This document shows positions 11,656 to 24,520 of a DNA stretch of 64,000 bases, piece after piece (position 1 is the stretch's first letter; each line of letters starts with the position of its first letter). The DNA lies in contig CM052818.1 of the NCBI GenBank assembly GCA_028534125.1, forward strand, positions 17,486,001-17,550,000, in the 5' to 3' direction. The notes under the pieces are model-generated. The model was not told the origin of the DNA, did no database searches, and saw nothing but the letters and a program-made list of their open reading frames with translations. The translations under genes and the position numbers were made by a program. The DNA is from Lama glama. Its lineage: Eukaryota.

Positions 11656-12934
11656 AGCATTTGCACATTTGCGGCTCTCTCTGTCCTTAGGTAATAAATG
11701 GATCCCTAAAAGTTACACAGCCTCTCCCTTGTTTGGTATCTGGGTTGATTTTAATTATGCTTAAATCCACCCATAATGAATTAGTGTCTTTCAGTCAGGA
11801 ATGTCTCCAGATTTCCTTGATAGCATGATCCATTGCCTGAGTGTCTTTGTACAGGCTATGAAATTCTTTCATATTACTTAAGCTAAATTCTCCTTACTGC
11901 GCTTAAGCACATTGCTTTCTGAACTCTACCCACTAATGAGATGAATTGGTCAATGTTCCTTTTCCACGAGCCCCTTTAAATATTTATAAATAACTCTCCT
12001 CTTACTTCTCCCCGTGGTGGATTAATATTTTTTTTTATTTCCTTCCTTCCTTCCTCTCTCTGTCTGTCTCCCAACCTCCCTGCCTCTGTCTGTCTGTCTG
12101 TCTATCTATCTTGTCTAACTTTATCTCCTTTTCTTACTTTCTTCTCTTCCCTGTTCATATTTTTTTTTACTTAGTCCTCAGCCTAGCGTTGGATGGTATT
12201 AAACATTACCAGGCTATGAAGAAGAAAACAAAATACACTTGTCACATTTTTTTTTCCTTACCTTTTTCATGGAGCTTTGTCACAAGGATGGGATGACAGC
12301 TGAAAGCAACAGTCTGGTTAACATTTCCAGTGACCTGCTACTCTAGTCTTTGTAGGCTCTATGCTTGGGCCTCATTTTATGATCATTATCACCTTCTTGA
12401 TTTTGCTTATCCCTAGCTTCACTTAATCCAATGGATTTAAATCGAGCCCATCTTGACTTTTTTCTTTTTTCAAATTTTCAGCATTTCTAAAATTTTTAAA
12501 TGCCTTTGTCATAAAAATTTATGTATTAACTGGCCTAATAAGAAAGTCTTAATGAAATTACTTAAAATCCTTTTTTTTATAAAGCGTAATCACCTTTCAT
12601 GGTCCATTTTAAACACTCCCTGCTCTAGGAATCTTCCTTTCCCATGCTGACCACTCTCCTCTCTAAAACTTGTGGTTAATTTAGTCACTGTCACAGAGTG
12701 TAAGTCTTACTTATTGTTTAGACTGTAATTTATTTTAGGAAGGTCCAATGCTGTATGCTTATCCTTTTTAAAGTACCTACACCCAGCATTGATAGTGTAG
12801 CGAGAGGACTGTTCCATTTGTGCTTTATACATTTAGACCATAGATGGAGGTGAAATTTTATATATATATATATGCAGAGAAGACTATTCTATAATATTTT
12901 TCAAATAATTTACCAAAGTCAGCTATTGCACATG

Positions 12935-13258
12935 TTTTGCCTGCTTGTGTAGTGGATGATTGCACATTTAAAATATTTTAAATTAATTGTCAACATTTAA
13001 AAATCAGGATGTTTCACATAACCATCAAGATGTCTACTGTGTAGAAGAAAAGAAGAAAAATCAGAATATCTGACAAAGTAGCCTACAGTCTGGTGAGAGA
13101 ATAATCAAGTGGAAGTGAGTAGCTGCTTCTGACTTTAGACTTTAGACTTTAGACACTTTAGAAATGGGGCTGCCTGTCACAGCCCCATTTCTCCCCATTC
13201 CTATTTTAAAATGCTGTCTGGCCTAGGTAAGCACTTCACTTGGTGAATGCTACCCTAA
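12935..13258. mobile_element. MER102-like hAT-Charlie element
   Basis: aattgtcaacatttaaaaatcaggatgtttcacataa...aaaaatcagaatatctgacaa...ggaagtgagtagctgc...tttaga...cccattcctatt resembles MER102. Confidence 0.7.
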
Positions 13259-13341
13259 ATGCCCGGGTAAATATGGAGTGCCCTGGACCATCTCTTTTTA
13301 AGATGTCCAAGAATATCTGCTGACATCCGGAACGTGGTGCT

Positions 13342-13520
13342 GCAGTGGTTATTAGATTTAGAGATAAAAAGAATGTCATGGTTGGCTTCTGAGAAATGAA
13401 CATTCCTTGCTCACACGCTGAGGGTTCTAAATCGGTAGGTCTAGGGAATCTGCATTTTTCAAAAACCCAGCAGGTGACAGGTGATGGTGATGCATGTGTT
13501 ATTTGGATCACCTTTAGTGA
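13342..13520. mobile_element. MER5-like hAT-Charlie MITE
   Basis: cagtggtt...gggttctaaatcggtaggtctagggaatctgcatttttcaaaaacccagcaggtga...tgatgca...ggatcacctttag. Confidence 0.65.
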
Positions 13521-16500
13521 AATCTTTTGTATCTCTTTTCTCTGAAAAGAGAAACCTGACAAACCTGTTCTGTCACTAGTAGAAATCATTCCAGTTTCAA
13601 TAATTATCACTCTAGAATACAAAGTCATAGAGGTGGGAGGACAGTCTCTTGTGCTATATTTGTATCTGTATCTTTATTATTAGATATACTTACTTTGTGT
13701 CTAATGTTTTGCCATAGTAAGTCATTTTAAAAGAAAATGAAAAACTCCACACTAACCAATTTCATTTGAGTGTGTGTGTGTTTATATAGAGATACATATT
13801 CCATATCTATATATGAAAATAATGTATGTTTTCATTTTTTTCAGACCTAATTTTTGCTTAAACCAAATATACTTGCATATGTTAATACTTTCAGCTCCAG
13901 CTCCTGCTTCCAATATCCAGCATTAAAAACTGTTAAACTTGGAAACTATTATGCTTTCTCCATGATGACTCTTTTCTGTTGATTCGGAAGAGGGTCTTAC
14001 AAAATGTTTCCTTAATATAGATAAAATAATCTAGACGACTGGTCAAGTACTATATTTCCAATTACACCTGTAATTCTACAACCGTCAACACTTGCTACTT
14101 GTGCTGAAACAAATGTGAGGTTTAGTAATATTCACCAGGTCATTACTAGTGGTGGGTTTTTTTTTTTTCCTTTTAAAATACATTGCATTATTAGTAAACT
14201 GCCAGTTTACCTGCTTGGATATTGAAAAGCATAGAGCTGTTCAACTGTCATACTTTTGCTTTAACTTTACCTGGCAAAAAATTACTGTTGAATCAGCCCA
14301 CGTCATCTCCTTGTGGGAGACTCTTGAATATTTTGGATTAATGACTGTGGTTGACCTACAAGGAGTAACATTAGTTCACATTCCCGTGGTGGCCTATAAG
14401 TAACTCTGTTTCTCCTCCTGTGACTCTGAGAGTTTTATACATTTACAAAATGGACTCTGTACCTTTTATCTTCACTTCTCAGCTCTCATCTGATTTCTTT
14501 GGCCCACATTTCCAAGAACCATCCCAGCTGGGAAGTCGGGCTTTCATGGCTCACATTCTGTGTTATTAAACACATGTATCATTTTAGTTTATGACAAACT
14601 AATGGGACCATTGTTGCTGTTCTTCGGAAGGTGGTTCTTTGGGGACCTTTTGAGTGTGGGGGAGAATGGAACCAGAAAATAAGACGGCTTCAGGTCTAAT
14701 AATGAGAGGGCCGCACAGCTCACAAGACGATTATTATTTCCGTCCCCTTTAAGAAGCAGTTTGAGGAATTGCTGACCTTATTTTAATTATGACCCACAGT
14801 TAAATTCTATTCAGTGTGAAAAGTAGTTTAGAAAGAAGAGTAAGTAAAAGGTGTGAGAAAGGAAATGAAGCAAGGGGCTTCACCTTCAGATAGCAAACAG
14901 GGCCGTGAGAGGGGAAATTACCATCTAAATCTATGTCATCGATTTTCCTAAATTCTTTGTGTTATTTCATCCCTTTCCAACCACAAACACCATTAAAAAA
15001 TTAGTATTAATGTGTTACAAATGGCTCATTGAATTACTTTGCCTTTCCTGCCCTCACCACCAAGGGTTCCTTGAAACAGTTAGAGAGGCTCTCTCTTTAG
15101 GTTGCATGGTTTTCACTATAGAAAGAAATTTAAAAGCTTGGAAACCAGAATGATTGAGTTGTATCCCCACCCCCTCCCAACTCATCAAAATTGAGAGATT
15201 ACTTAAATGTAGTGCTGTTTCCAACACCTATATACTCATTAAAATTGTTTAAAAATTCCAACTAAAAGTATTTGCACAGAAATGGTAAGTGGGTGTTTCT
15301 TTAGGTTTTCAAGGCTACACTGATGTTCTTCATGACAGCTTTTTGTTGAAAAAGATGGCTTGGTCTGGCTTAGAAGTTTACAAGTTCAATCAAGTACTTC
15401 AAAGTAACATGAAAAAGTCAAATGTCTCACTGTTCCTCAGAGGAGAAATTACTTTGTTTTAGAAAATAACCGTAAACAGAAAGGACAAAAAATATAATTT
15501 TTACTTTTTTTAAAAGTCATCTTGCAAGCATTCTTTTGTAAACATTCTACCATCTCTTCTTCTCTCAATCAGAATTAAATCTACTTTTCTCTTCATCTAA
15601 TGACTTCATGAGTGGCAAGCAGGCTATTTTTTTACAACAGGGAATAATTAAGAAGAAATGAATTGACTAATTGGGAGCTGTATTCTTGATAGAGTACTAG
15701 TTAATAATGACTTGAAAGTTTTGTCTTGGCTCTAGATTTAGAAAGAAATTAAAATTATTACATTTCTTCTTTTTAATTTTGATTGACAGATGCAATTGGG
15801 AAATCTAGTCACAGTCAAGTGGAATGAGTTTCTGACTAAATTAAGAAGGGTTTGTTTGGAATTTCAGTATGAATCCATCACAGCCCAGTGACTTGATCTA
15901 TCACTAAACTTGCTGGAGATTGGTCATCAATACTGGCCCTGATTTCCAAATAGTAGTAGCTCATGGTTGAGAATTAACACATACACAAATGTCCACCAAT
16001 CAGGCACTGGAAATACGTGCTTGGTGAGCATCATGTAAATGATCGGTTTGCATGAGTCTAGGTTTGGATCCCTTTGATAAACACATTCTGGCCCAAGTGA
16101 AGAAAATTCAGTTGGTTTTGTCTCTCAAACAAAATCTTCAAGTGACAGTGTTGTAAGGACTTCCTGTTGGGTTCTTTGGTGAGTATCATTGTATAGCACA
16201 AATTAGAAATGTCTTGATGTTTGCAATTCCAGTGAGGAGAGTTAAAACAGATTGGTTCTTTCTTTTAGTTTTGAAAGGTTATTCTCCATTTTTCTTCAAA
16301 TTTAGGATGAGGTCATTTACCCATTCCCAAATGTGTATAGATAGTCCCATATACATTCTTTTAGATTTCTCCTCTTAGTAGCTGGAACCATAACCAATAA
16401 AAAATTATTAGTTTTTGTTTATTCTATCTTCCAGATAATGCATATTGGGCAGTAAAAATGATATCAGTTTGATACTCAGTTTGCACATAGGATTTCATGG

Positions 16501-19500
16501 CTGTCATGCCTGATGAGGACAAAAGCATTTCTTTCCCTTTGCCTTAAAGCTACAGCTAAATGCTACAAGCAACCTGTGGTACATCAAGGCTTTCTTAGCA
16601 CCTTTTCTAAGGCGGAGGCTAGGCATCCAGTGTCTGTTAGAGTGTGGTACCTTACCAACAAATTAATAAATAACTGGGGTCTTTTAAGATGTTATGAGCT
16701 GTAGTATTAGAGACAAAAAATATTTTAACAATATTAAATGAAGTAAAAAGTTAAGATGTAGCATGTTGTATCCCTAAACCAGGCCCCCTGGCAAGACAAA
16801 ATGAAATTTGAATTTAGATCACTTTCAGGATTTCTGAAATAATCCCTTTGAATCAACTTGTCCCGTGACTTGAGAACTTCAGCCACCTCATTCTGAACAA
16901 TTTATTTTTCTCAGGAAATTTTATTCCTTTTCTTCATGCATCCCTACTCAACTTCTTCATTTCTGGGAGAAAAAAAAAAGTGGTGTCTATATATATAGCA
17001 TAACTTCAATAATTAAATAAGTGATTTTATGAAGGGAGAATTTAATTAAGAGATGAACTTTCTATTTCTTCCTTTGCTCCTCCTAACAGGGAGATATTGT
17101 TAGAGAAAATTGGTCAGTGTTTTGGAGATGATATGAGAATAAAGATCTATTGTTTTGAAAACTGGCAAGTAGGGAAAGTAGGGCAAATCTCTGGGTGGCA
17201 TTTGTGAACCAGCTTCTTCTCACTGAAACTTTTGACGTCTACACAAAATACAAGACACTGGAATTGGCCAAGATTAAAAGTAGGCTTTGCATTACCCATG
17301 TTATGTCTCAATTTTCTTGCAAGAATACTTTCTTTTCCTCAGTAGACTTTGACTGCAGACCAATTAGTGAATCCATAAATATCCTTCTCTCCTACATGAA
17401 AGTTTAAAACACTACAACCAAGATAATCATAGCCTTCACTTTGATCAGACATCAGTAGACAGCTTGTTTATGCTTTATTGCTTTTAGGAAAATAATCAAT
17501 ACTTAAGAATCTTCTGCTGCAGTGTTTGGATATGGGGCTCCCCCCTAAAATGTTTCTTTTCTCCTCATCTACCTAATAACTATTGCTAAAATCTCTTGTA
17601 ATGACTTAGAAAAAAACTTTTTTTTCCACTGTTTCTTTATCAGTTTACCCAGTATTTAGTAGAGTACTTGAGTGTATATTTATTTAACAAATGAGTTAAT
17701 ATGTCTACTTATCACCAAGAATTCAGCCTGATCTTAAATAACAGTAAGCATGTTGCCTTGAAACTGTTAATAGCAGCTTTGGGATTGCAAAGAGAAGCTT
17801 TGTAAGAAAGTCCACATTATATTCCAGCATGTATCCCTTTTGTTTTCTTGTCTGAAACGCATCAGTGAACTAGCAGGAACTGTTTGGGGGGATGATGGGG
17901 AAAAAGTAGTATAAGGGTGAAGTGCTGTCTGCCCAGATTTTTAAGAATAGATTAGACATCCATCTCTTGGTGTTTCAAGCAATTACCTGTCAGGTATTTA
18001 TCAGGTGTATTAGCAGCTAGGAGTTTTAAGAGGAAGATGTGCATGTGATGGGAGGAGAACGAGAAAAAAAAACAGTGATTTCGAGGCTTGGTGTCAGTGC
18101 CTCACTTTGGGGACAGGGCTGGGAATCTGCCTAAATCTGCCATTTGGCTTCTGTGATCTGCTCTTTTGATGCCCAGATTGGTGATGAACACTTGTATTTT
18201 ATCAGGTTGTTTCCTGAAGCATGGTGAGAATTTTCTTAATAGAGCTTTGCTGGTAGTTTTCATTCCAGGCTGTGGAACCCATTCCATGATGAGGAACTGG
18301 CTTTATAAGGAAATTTCATTCCATTTTCTACCACCTGGGGTCTTTCTTGAGTCATTTCTGCAGGTTGCCTTTAGTGATGGCCATGTATTTCTGTTAAAAA
18401 TGTGGTGAGGGAAGACCTCTTATCTTCCCTTGATATCCTGAATTTTCTGGTTACTTTTGATTAACCTTGGCAACTAGATCTCAAAACTCTTTTTATCGCT
18501 CTTCAAAAAAATTCATAGTTCTAAATTAACATCAGAACACACAAGTGATTTTCCTTAGTTACATTCCTTGACTGGCTTGCTTAATCTCAGACTCCTTTGA
18601 AGATCTTTGCCTTGAGGGTATGAGGTTTCCATAGCTAGAGGCTCGTCTTCCCAGGACGTACAAGAATAGCTTTGTCCCCTTGAATCAAACTGCATGCTTA
18701 GTTACCTTCAAATAACCAGGCAAGAGGCAGCCTCGGCAGTAGCTGTTCCTAATTAACTTTTATTAGGTGCTCTGCTTCATTGGAGATTTCCAATTTAAAG
18801 AGGAGTTCAAGACACAAGCAAAGAAATGTTGTCTAGTCTTTGCTTTGCCAGTTAGATGTGTGCTTTGGGGAAATAATTCCTCAAGGCTTCAGCCTCCTTG
18901 TCTGTGGTAAGAATAGAAGCCACTGTTAGTTCCGTTAATAGCGAAGACCCTTCCTGCTCTAGAAGTCTGTAACTTGGCAAAGATTTATATATTTTTAAGA
19001 AAGATCCTTTCCTTCCCTGGCCACAAACAGGGGTTTTCCTCCTTGTCTATGGCTTTAATTTAGCTTTCTTTCCCAGAGCACCAACTAGTTTATGAACTTT
19101 TTTCTGGAATTGTCACTCTGGATCAGAATTTTAAAATTACTTGGAATTCAGCATATCCTTGTGTACGTAAAGAGTCCGTCAGTCACCATGCAGGCTGGTG
19201 GAGATTGTGGGTATGGTTTGGGTATGGCATGTCTGCTCCACCGTGTTATTAACACACTTATTGCCCTTGGAGTGTTACGGAAACGACAGGCCAGTCAAGA
19301 AACAAGCACCACTCGGAGGGTTGGAGTACTCAGATGTATTACGCCGGCGGGCTCAGAGGGGCTTCTGCTCCAAAGCTCTGAGCACCTTCAAGATGTGCAC
19401 ATGAGGTTTTATAGGGTAAAGTACAAGCTTGGGATATTCGGCCAATAGGCATGGAACAGCTTTAGCAGCATCATCATCACAAAAGTGGAGGCAGGGAGGC

Positions 19501-22500
19501 AGCAAACCAACATTCTAAAGCCCGATATGTATCTTTGAAAATCCAGCTGGCTAGCAAAAAACATAAAGAGCAAACCAACACTAATTAACTTAGATTTACA
19601 AGTTAGTCCAGCAGAACTCAGATCAGTATTCCAATACTTAGACTTGTTAGCCCAGCCCAGCCTCTCCTTCACATTACTAGACTTGTGAGTTATCTTGTTA
19701 TACCAGCCCAGCTTTTCCTTCACAGGAGAATATTCAGAGGTTGTTCAGCTGTAATAAAACTTCCTCACATTAACTTCTCTTTAGACTTCCTCTGTAATCC
19801 CAATTGCCCACTTGTCAGTGACTTCCATACAATACCCCAGTGTAACCCAGGAACAAAGGCTTTTTGTGAAAGACCCCAGCCCTGCCCTGACCCAGTATCC
19901 TGCCTGCCACTTCCCCTACTTCTTCAGGTATTACATGCCACGTACCTGCCAATCCAAGCCCGAGCCAGCCACGTGGGGATTTGTTATCTCTAACTTCTCA
20001 AAATGGCGTTCTCTGCTGCCTCCATCTGCTGCCTGACCCCTGGGTGCTGGGCTTATATCAGTCCTCACATTCCTGATCCTAACTGTCAGTGTCCTCATTA
20101 CCTCTCTTGTACATTTCGTCCCCAACCCCCACCCTCCTTAAGATACCAGCTTCCAAAGCAAGTATAGTGTTTTGCATACAACAAGTGTGGTTAGCTAGGG
20201 AGAAGTTCCTTTTATCCCACCAAGTGTTGCTTTGGGAGTAAAAGGCAGACATCTTTTATAGCTTAATGGCTCAGATGTCAGTAGGGTAGAGAGGAGGAGA
20301 CGAAGTAAAAGAGCCCACAAAGCCAGATGTTTAGAACTTAGATGGAGCACTTTCCTGACTGTGTATCTGTCTCCCTTTATCTACAAACACTAGACGTTCT
20401 CATTATTTTTTACCCCTAGAAAACTACTCTGAGAAAGTCAAGGTCTTCAAGGATTAGATAGAAACACAGTTGAGAGCTGAAGCAATGTATGACTGAGTTT
20501 TATTGTTTTTTTTTTCCCCTGCAGTTCACAACAAAATAAGATATTTTAAGGAGATAAGAATTTGGGATGTGAGCTGGCTTATACAGAAACATATGAAGTG
20601 GCATAACTGTACATGCCTGACAGTCTCCATGTGTGCTTTAATTAGCGATAGGGTGCCACAGATATTTTTAAATTGCCTTAATGTCTATTTTGAAATTATG
20701 ACGTTGCTACTGCCTTTGGATCTATTCAATTAGCACACTTTTGCAAGAGCAAACCAAGCGTTAGGTCAAATGTGTTTCAATTCCTGTGGAAACAGCACAT
20801 GGCACCTGGAAGTTGTTTTAGAATTGCAAATGGGAACAGGTACTTCTGCATCACAGTATGTGTCAAAACTCTTCTCACACACCTACACACAAGCACACGT
20901 GTGTGCACATGCACCCAAAACCACAATAAAAAGAAGTTTTTGTTCATCCCTGTTCAGGAGACCTGTTGGGACCATCTCGTGTGCATGTGTCTTTAACCAC
21001 TATTGACTTGTCCTGACAAGAGAATGACCTGTGCTTACCAACCTTTGTTGGATGTTTGTTCTTTTTTTCTCCCCCACTGAATAAAGCCAGGGTCAAAGGG
21101 CTGGAAATCAGTAAGTGCAAATTTCTGATTCCTGACAGGCAGGGCTTTGCTCTTTCTGGCCTTTAACAAACAGCCCGTTTGGCCTCTCCAGCCTTTACCC
21201 ATCAGCAAAATGTAAATAGCTGAATTAATGCGAATAAAGGGCTTTGAAGATGAAAACTGCTCTGAGCTGTAAGTGGCAACACAGCCCTTCTTCCTTTATT
21301 GTAGAAACATTTATTGAGCTTAATGTCAGTTCCTGTGCAGAGCACTTTAGGGATCACAGAGATGTACAAGGAAAGGTCCTTGTCCTCGAAGAGAGTTGCT
21401 CCATCTTGGAGACACTCAAACCTAAATTGAGGGGGGGGGGTTGCAACTGGCCCAACAGTGGGCTTGGTTAGTGATTACATGACTGAGCTTGGTTCTATCT
21501 TGAAGATATAAACTTAGCAAAGAAAACTCTAATTCATTAGCCGCGATGATAAACTCAAACAGTGAAGTTTGTCCAACAGTAGTGTTCAGATGGATACCTT
21601 GGATCCTTGGAACACTAGCCTCTCAGGATGCTCCATGACAAAGGTGCTAATAATTAAGTCAAGAAAGGGCTGCGTAAATACCATTCTCTTGAAGATGAAC
21701 AGTGAACATCTTCACAGGTTTACAACCCAACTTGAGAAACACATTTCTGAAAATCTTATCTAAGTTTACCCCATTGAGCAGTTGCCTCCAATATAATCTG
21801 AGAATTCTGCAAAATCAAAATGGGTTTCAGAGATGCCCAGCTGATGCTTGAACATGGTTTCAAGAAGAAATAAGCTTCTCTTAATATGGTACCAAAACAC
21901 ACTGAAGTCAAATACAGTGGGCAGTGTTTTTGCAGAAATATTTCTGATCATTGTGATATTAAATACTGTTAGTCATTACGTCTGGAAAAGAATTGGCCAG
22001 GATCCCAAGTCCCGGAATCCTCAATTTACTGCCTTTAGCCGCAGCCACTCCCTCCAAGTCTTCACATGGACGTGGAGGACACATAAAGCAGGGCATTCAA
22101 AGACTTTAGCAGATTATCAGTGGACTGAATGCCTTTTGAGGGTCATGATGCTGATTAGCATATGCATAATTAATCATGAAAATAATAAATAAAGCCAAAA
22201 TTTATTCAACCCAGCACTTTCCAGACTTGCTCAACTCCAAAGCACTTTGCTGTTTTTGTTTGCTTTTGCATATTTTTCTTTTCCATTGAGACAGTGTACA
22301 GAATATATTATCTAGCAGCATTCTTTGCAGCACAGTTTGAGAACTACTTAAAGAAAGACTGTCTCCCTTGATTCCTAGTCAACGTTTTAACTCAAATCTT
22401 TTGCCCTTCTCTGACTTGAGGAGCTGGATCGATTCTCGAAGCTCTGAAAAACAGTCAGGGAGGCTGCAAGTTCTGTCCTTATGGGATGCTTCGTGGTTCT

Positions 22501-22764
22501 TGCCTGGCTGTCTGAGGGGCAGAAGCCTGAGGAAAACATTTCTGTTTCTATTAAAAGCTCCACCTCCCACTATTTGTCTTTGACCATCTCCGGAGCATCT
22601 CCTCTTGTGAGTGGAGCAAGAGAATTTAGCAAAGTTTTGTGCTGTCTTCATAGATAACAGTGCGTGAGTCATTAAGAATATCTTCCAGATGGGAAAAAAG
22701 ACACCTTTATTCCTGGGCATGTCAGAGCCAGGATGGGAGGATGTCAGTGGAAAGAATGGTCAGG

Positions 22765-22910
22765 ACTGTGTGTGACCTTGGAAAAAACTGAATTAATATT
22801 TCTAAATCTCAGTTTCCTTATCTTTAAAATGGGAATAATAATCTGCTTAGGGAGTTTGTATGAGAAAATGCATGAGGTAACCTGCATGCTTATCAGAGTG
22901 TCTGGCATTT
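22765..22910 (+). mobile_element. MIR SINE
   Basis: ctgtgtgtgaccttgg...ctcagtttccttatctttaaaatgggaataataa...gcttatcagagtgtctggca. Confidence 0.75.
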
Positions 22911-24004
22911 GTTGCTTGGAATATTAACTTTATAGGGAAAACATAAATTATGTTTAGTTTCACTGAACTTTCAAGTATAATTCGATTTGATTGTGTCTGA
23001 TGGTCATTTCAAGGAAAAAAATCTAAAATTTAGTATGTAGACTTTCTGTCTAGCATTAAGATGAGTGTTTTTATAGTTTCTTATTTGAGCCCTGTATAGC
23101 CAAAGTGGCTAGATACCTGGGTAACTGTAGCACACAATCCAAACATGGCCCCGAATAGACCCTCTCTTCTTTTTGCATGACAATCCTGTAAAGACTGTCT
23201 TCTATTTTATTTTTTTAAAAGACTAGATTGGTCCACCAACTTGGTTTTCATACTCCATTCCATGTCTCTGTGGTTCAGAATTACTAATTTTGTTTTTATA
23301 TTAATGACACATGAAGCAAGGTTTAGCACATTGTTCAAGTATTATAGAATTTTTCTTTAACTTGTTAGTTGTCCACTCTTTCTGGGTATCTGACAATTAA
23401 TTTATTTCAACACAGAATTCCTATATAAATTTGAATTTTATTTTCTACAATTCTATTTTCTATGTGGGAGAAAAACTACTCTTTCAATTATATTCCGGTG
23501 GAAATCTGCCACACAGACTTCTCAGTACCTTGCTTGACTCAGTTACGCTCAATTTTAGTGAGACAATGTATGTGAAATAGTCAGAACTGTAACCAGTTGT
23601 TCAACATTAAGCAGAGGTAGAAGCAGCTTTGAACAAAGAAAGCAGAATTTGCGTCCCTCCAGTTTTGCATCAGTTTAATTCTAAAAGAAAACGCTTAATT
23701 ATTCAAATAAATATTGGAAAACTAAGGTATTCAAATAGGATAATTTCCCTTGTTTGTCTTTCTGTGGCATCATCTAAGAGACTAGCTAAATCACGGGATT
23801 TCCTTTAAGTTTTACCTCCTTGAGGATTAATTTGCTTCAGTTTCATTTGCTGTTTATGATAACTTTTATTTATTTACTATGCTTATTTTATTAAGAGTGT
23901 TTGGATTTAAACAATTCATGTTGTCCTGGGGTCCTTTTTGTGAGCATCAGATATGTATCCAGGAAGCAGAATGAGATTAATTTTACTCCATGGCATCCAT
24001 CTCA

Positions 24005-24175
24005 TTTTTTTTTTAATTGAAGTACCGTCAGTTACAATGTATCAATTTCTGGTGTACAACACAATGTCCCAGTCATGCCTATACATACATATATGCATTT
24101 TCATATTCTTTTTCATTAAAGGTTATTACAAGATATTGAATATAATTCCCTGTGCTATACAGAAGGAACTAGTTT
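24005..24175 (-). mobile_element. Short young L1 3'-UTR fragment with poly(T)
   Basis: ttttttttttaattgaagtaccgtcagttacaatgtatcaatttctggtgtacaac...aagatattgaatataattccctgtgctatacagaaggaactag; same family as the 10024 copy. Confidence 0.88.
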
Positions 24176-24320
24176 TCATTTCATTTTCCTAAGAGGCAAA
24201 TCATCCATATCTTGTTGGACCTCCATCAGTGTTAAGTTTTTTTTTTTTTAAACCCTGCCTTTCATTGCCAAAAGTAGTGAGGTGGTCAGGCTTCTTCTCA
24301 CATGTTATCTGATATTATGA

Positions 24321-24520
24321 TATTAGTTATGATGCTTTCGAATGCAACAGGAGGAAATTTGATTGTATTTGGCTTAAAGCACCAGAGCAGATAGATTTAT
24401 AGGCTAATGGACTCAAAAAAATGTGAATCCAGGGGACAAAATATGTCATGAGAAGTCATGGTCTTTCTCCTTCTCTTTTTCCATATTTTCATGACCTGCC
24501 CTGGTACCACCAAGCTCACA
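24321..24520 (-). mobile_element. LTR33-like (ERVL) old LTR fragment
   Basis: tattagttatgatgctttcgaatgcaac...ttggcttaaag...atttataggct...atccaggggacaaaatatgtcat resembles the LTR33 end. Confidence 0.5.

Noticed and set aside
17061..17118. Strong acceptor cctttgctcctcctaacag|G as a cryptic exon
   Set aside because: The nearest plausible donor (TTG|gtcagt) gives a 23-nt frameshifting unit and is weak; nothing else supports it.
19643..19724. CRISPR-like repeat-spacer-repeat
   Set aside because: Only two imperfect units, eukaryotic context, no cas genes.
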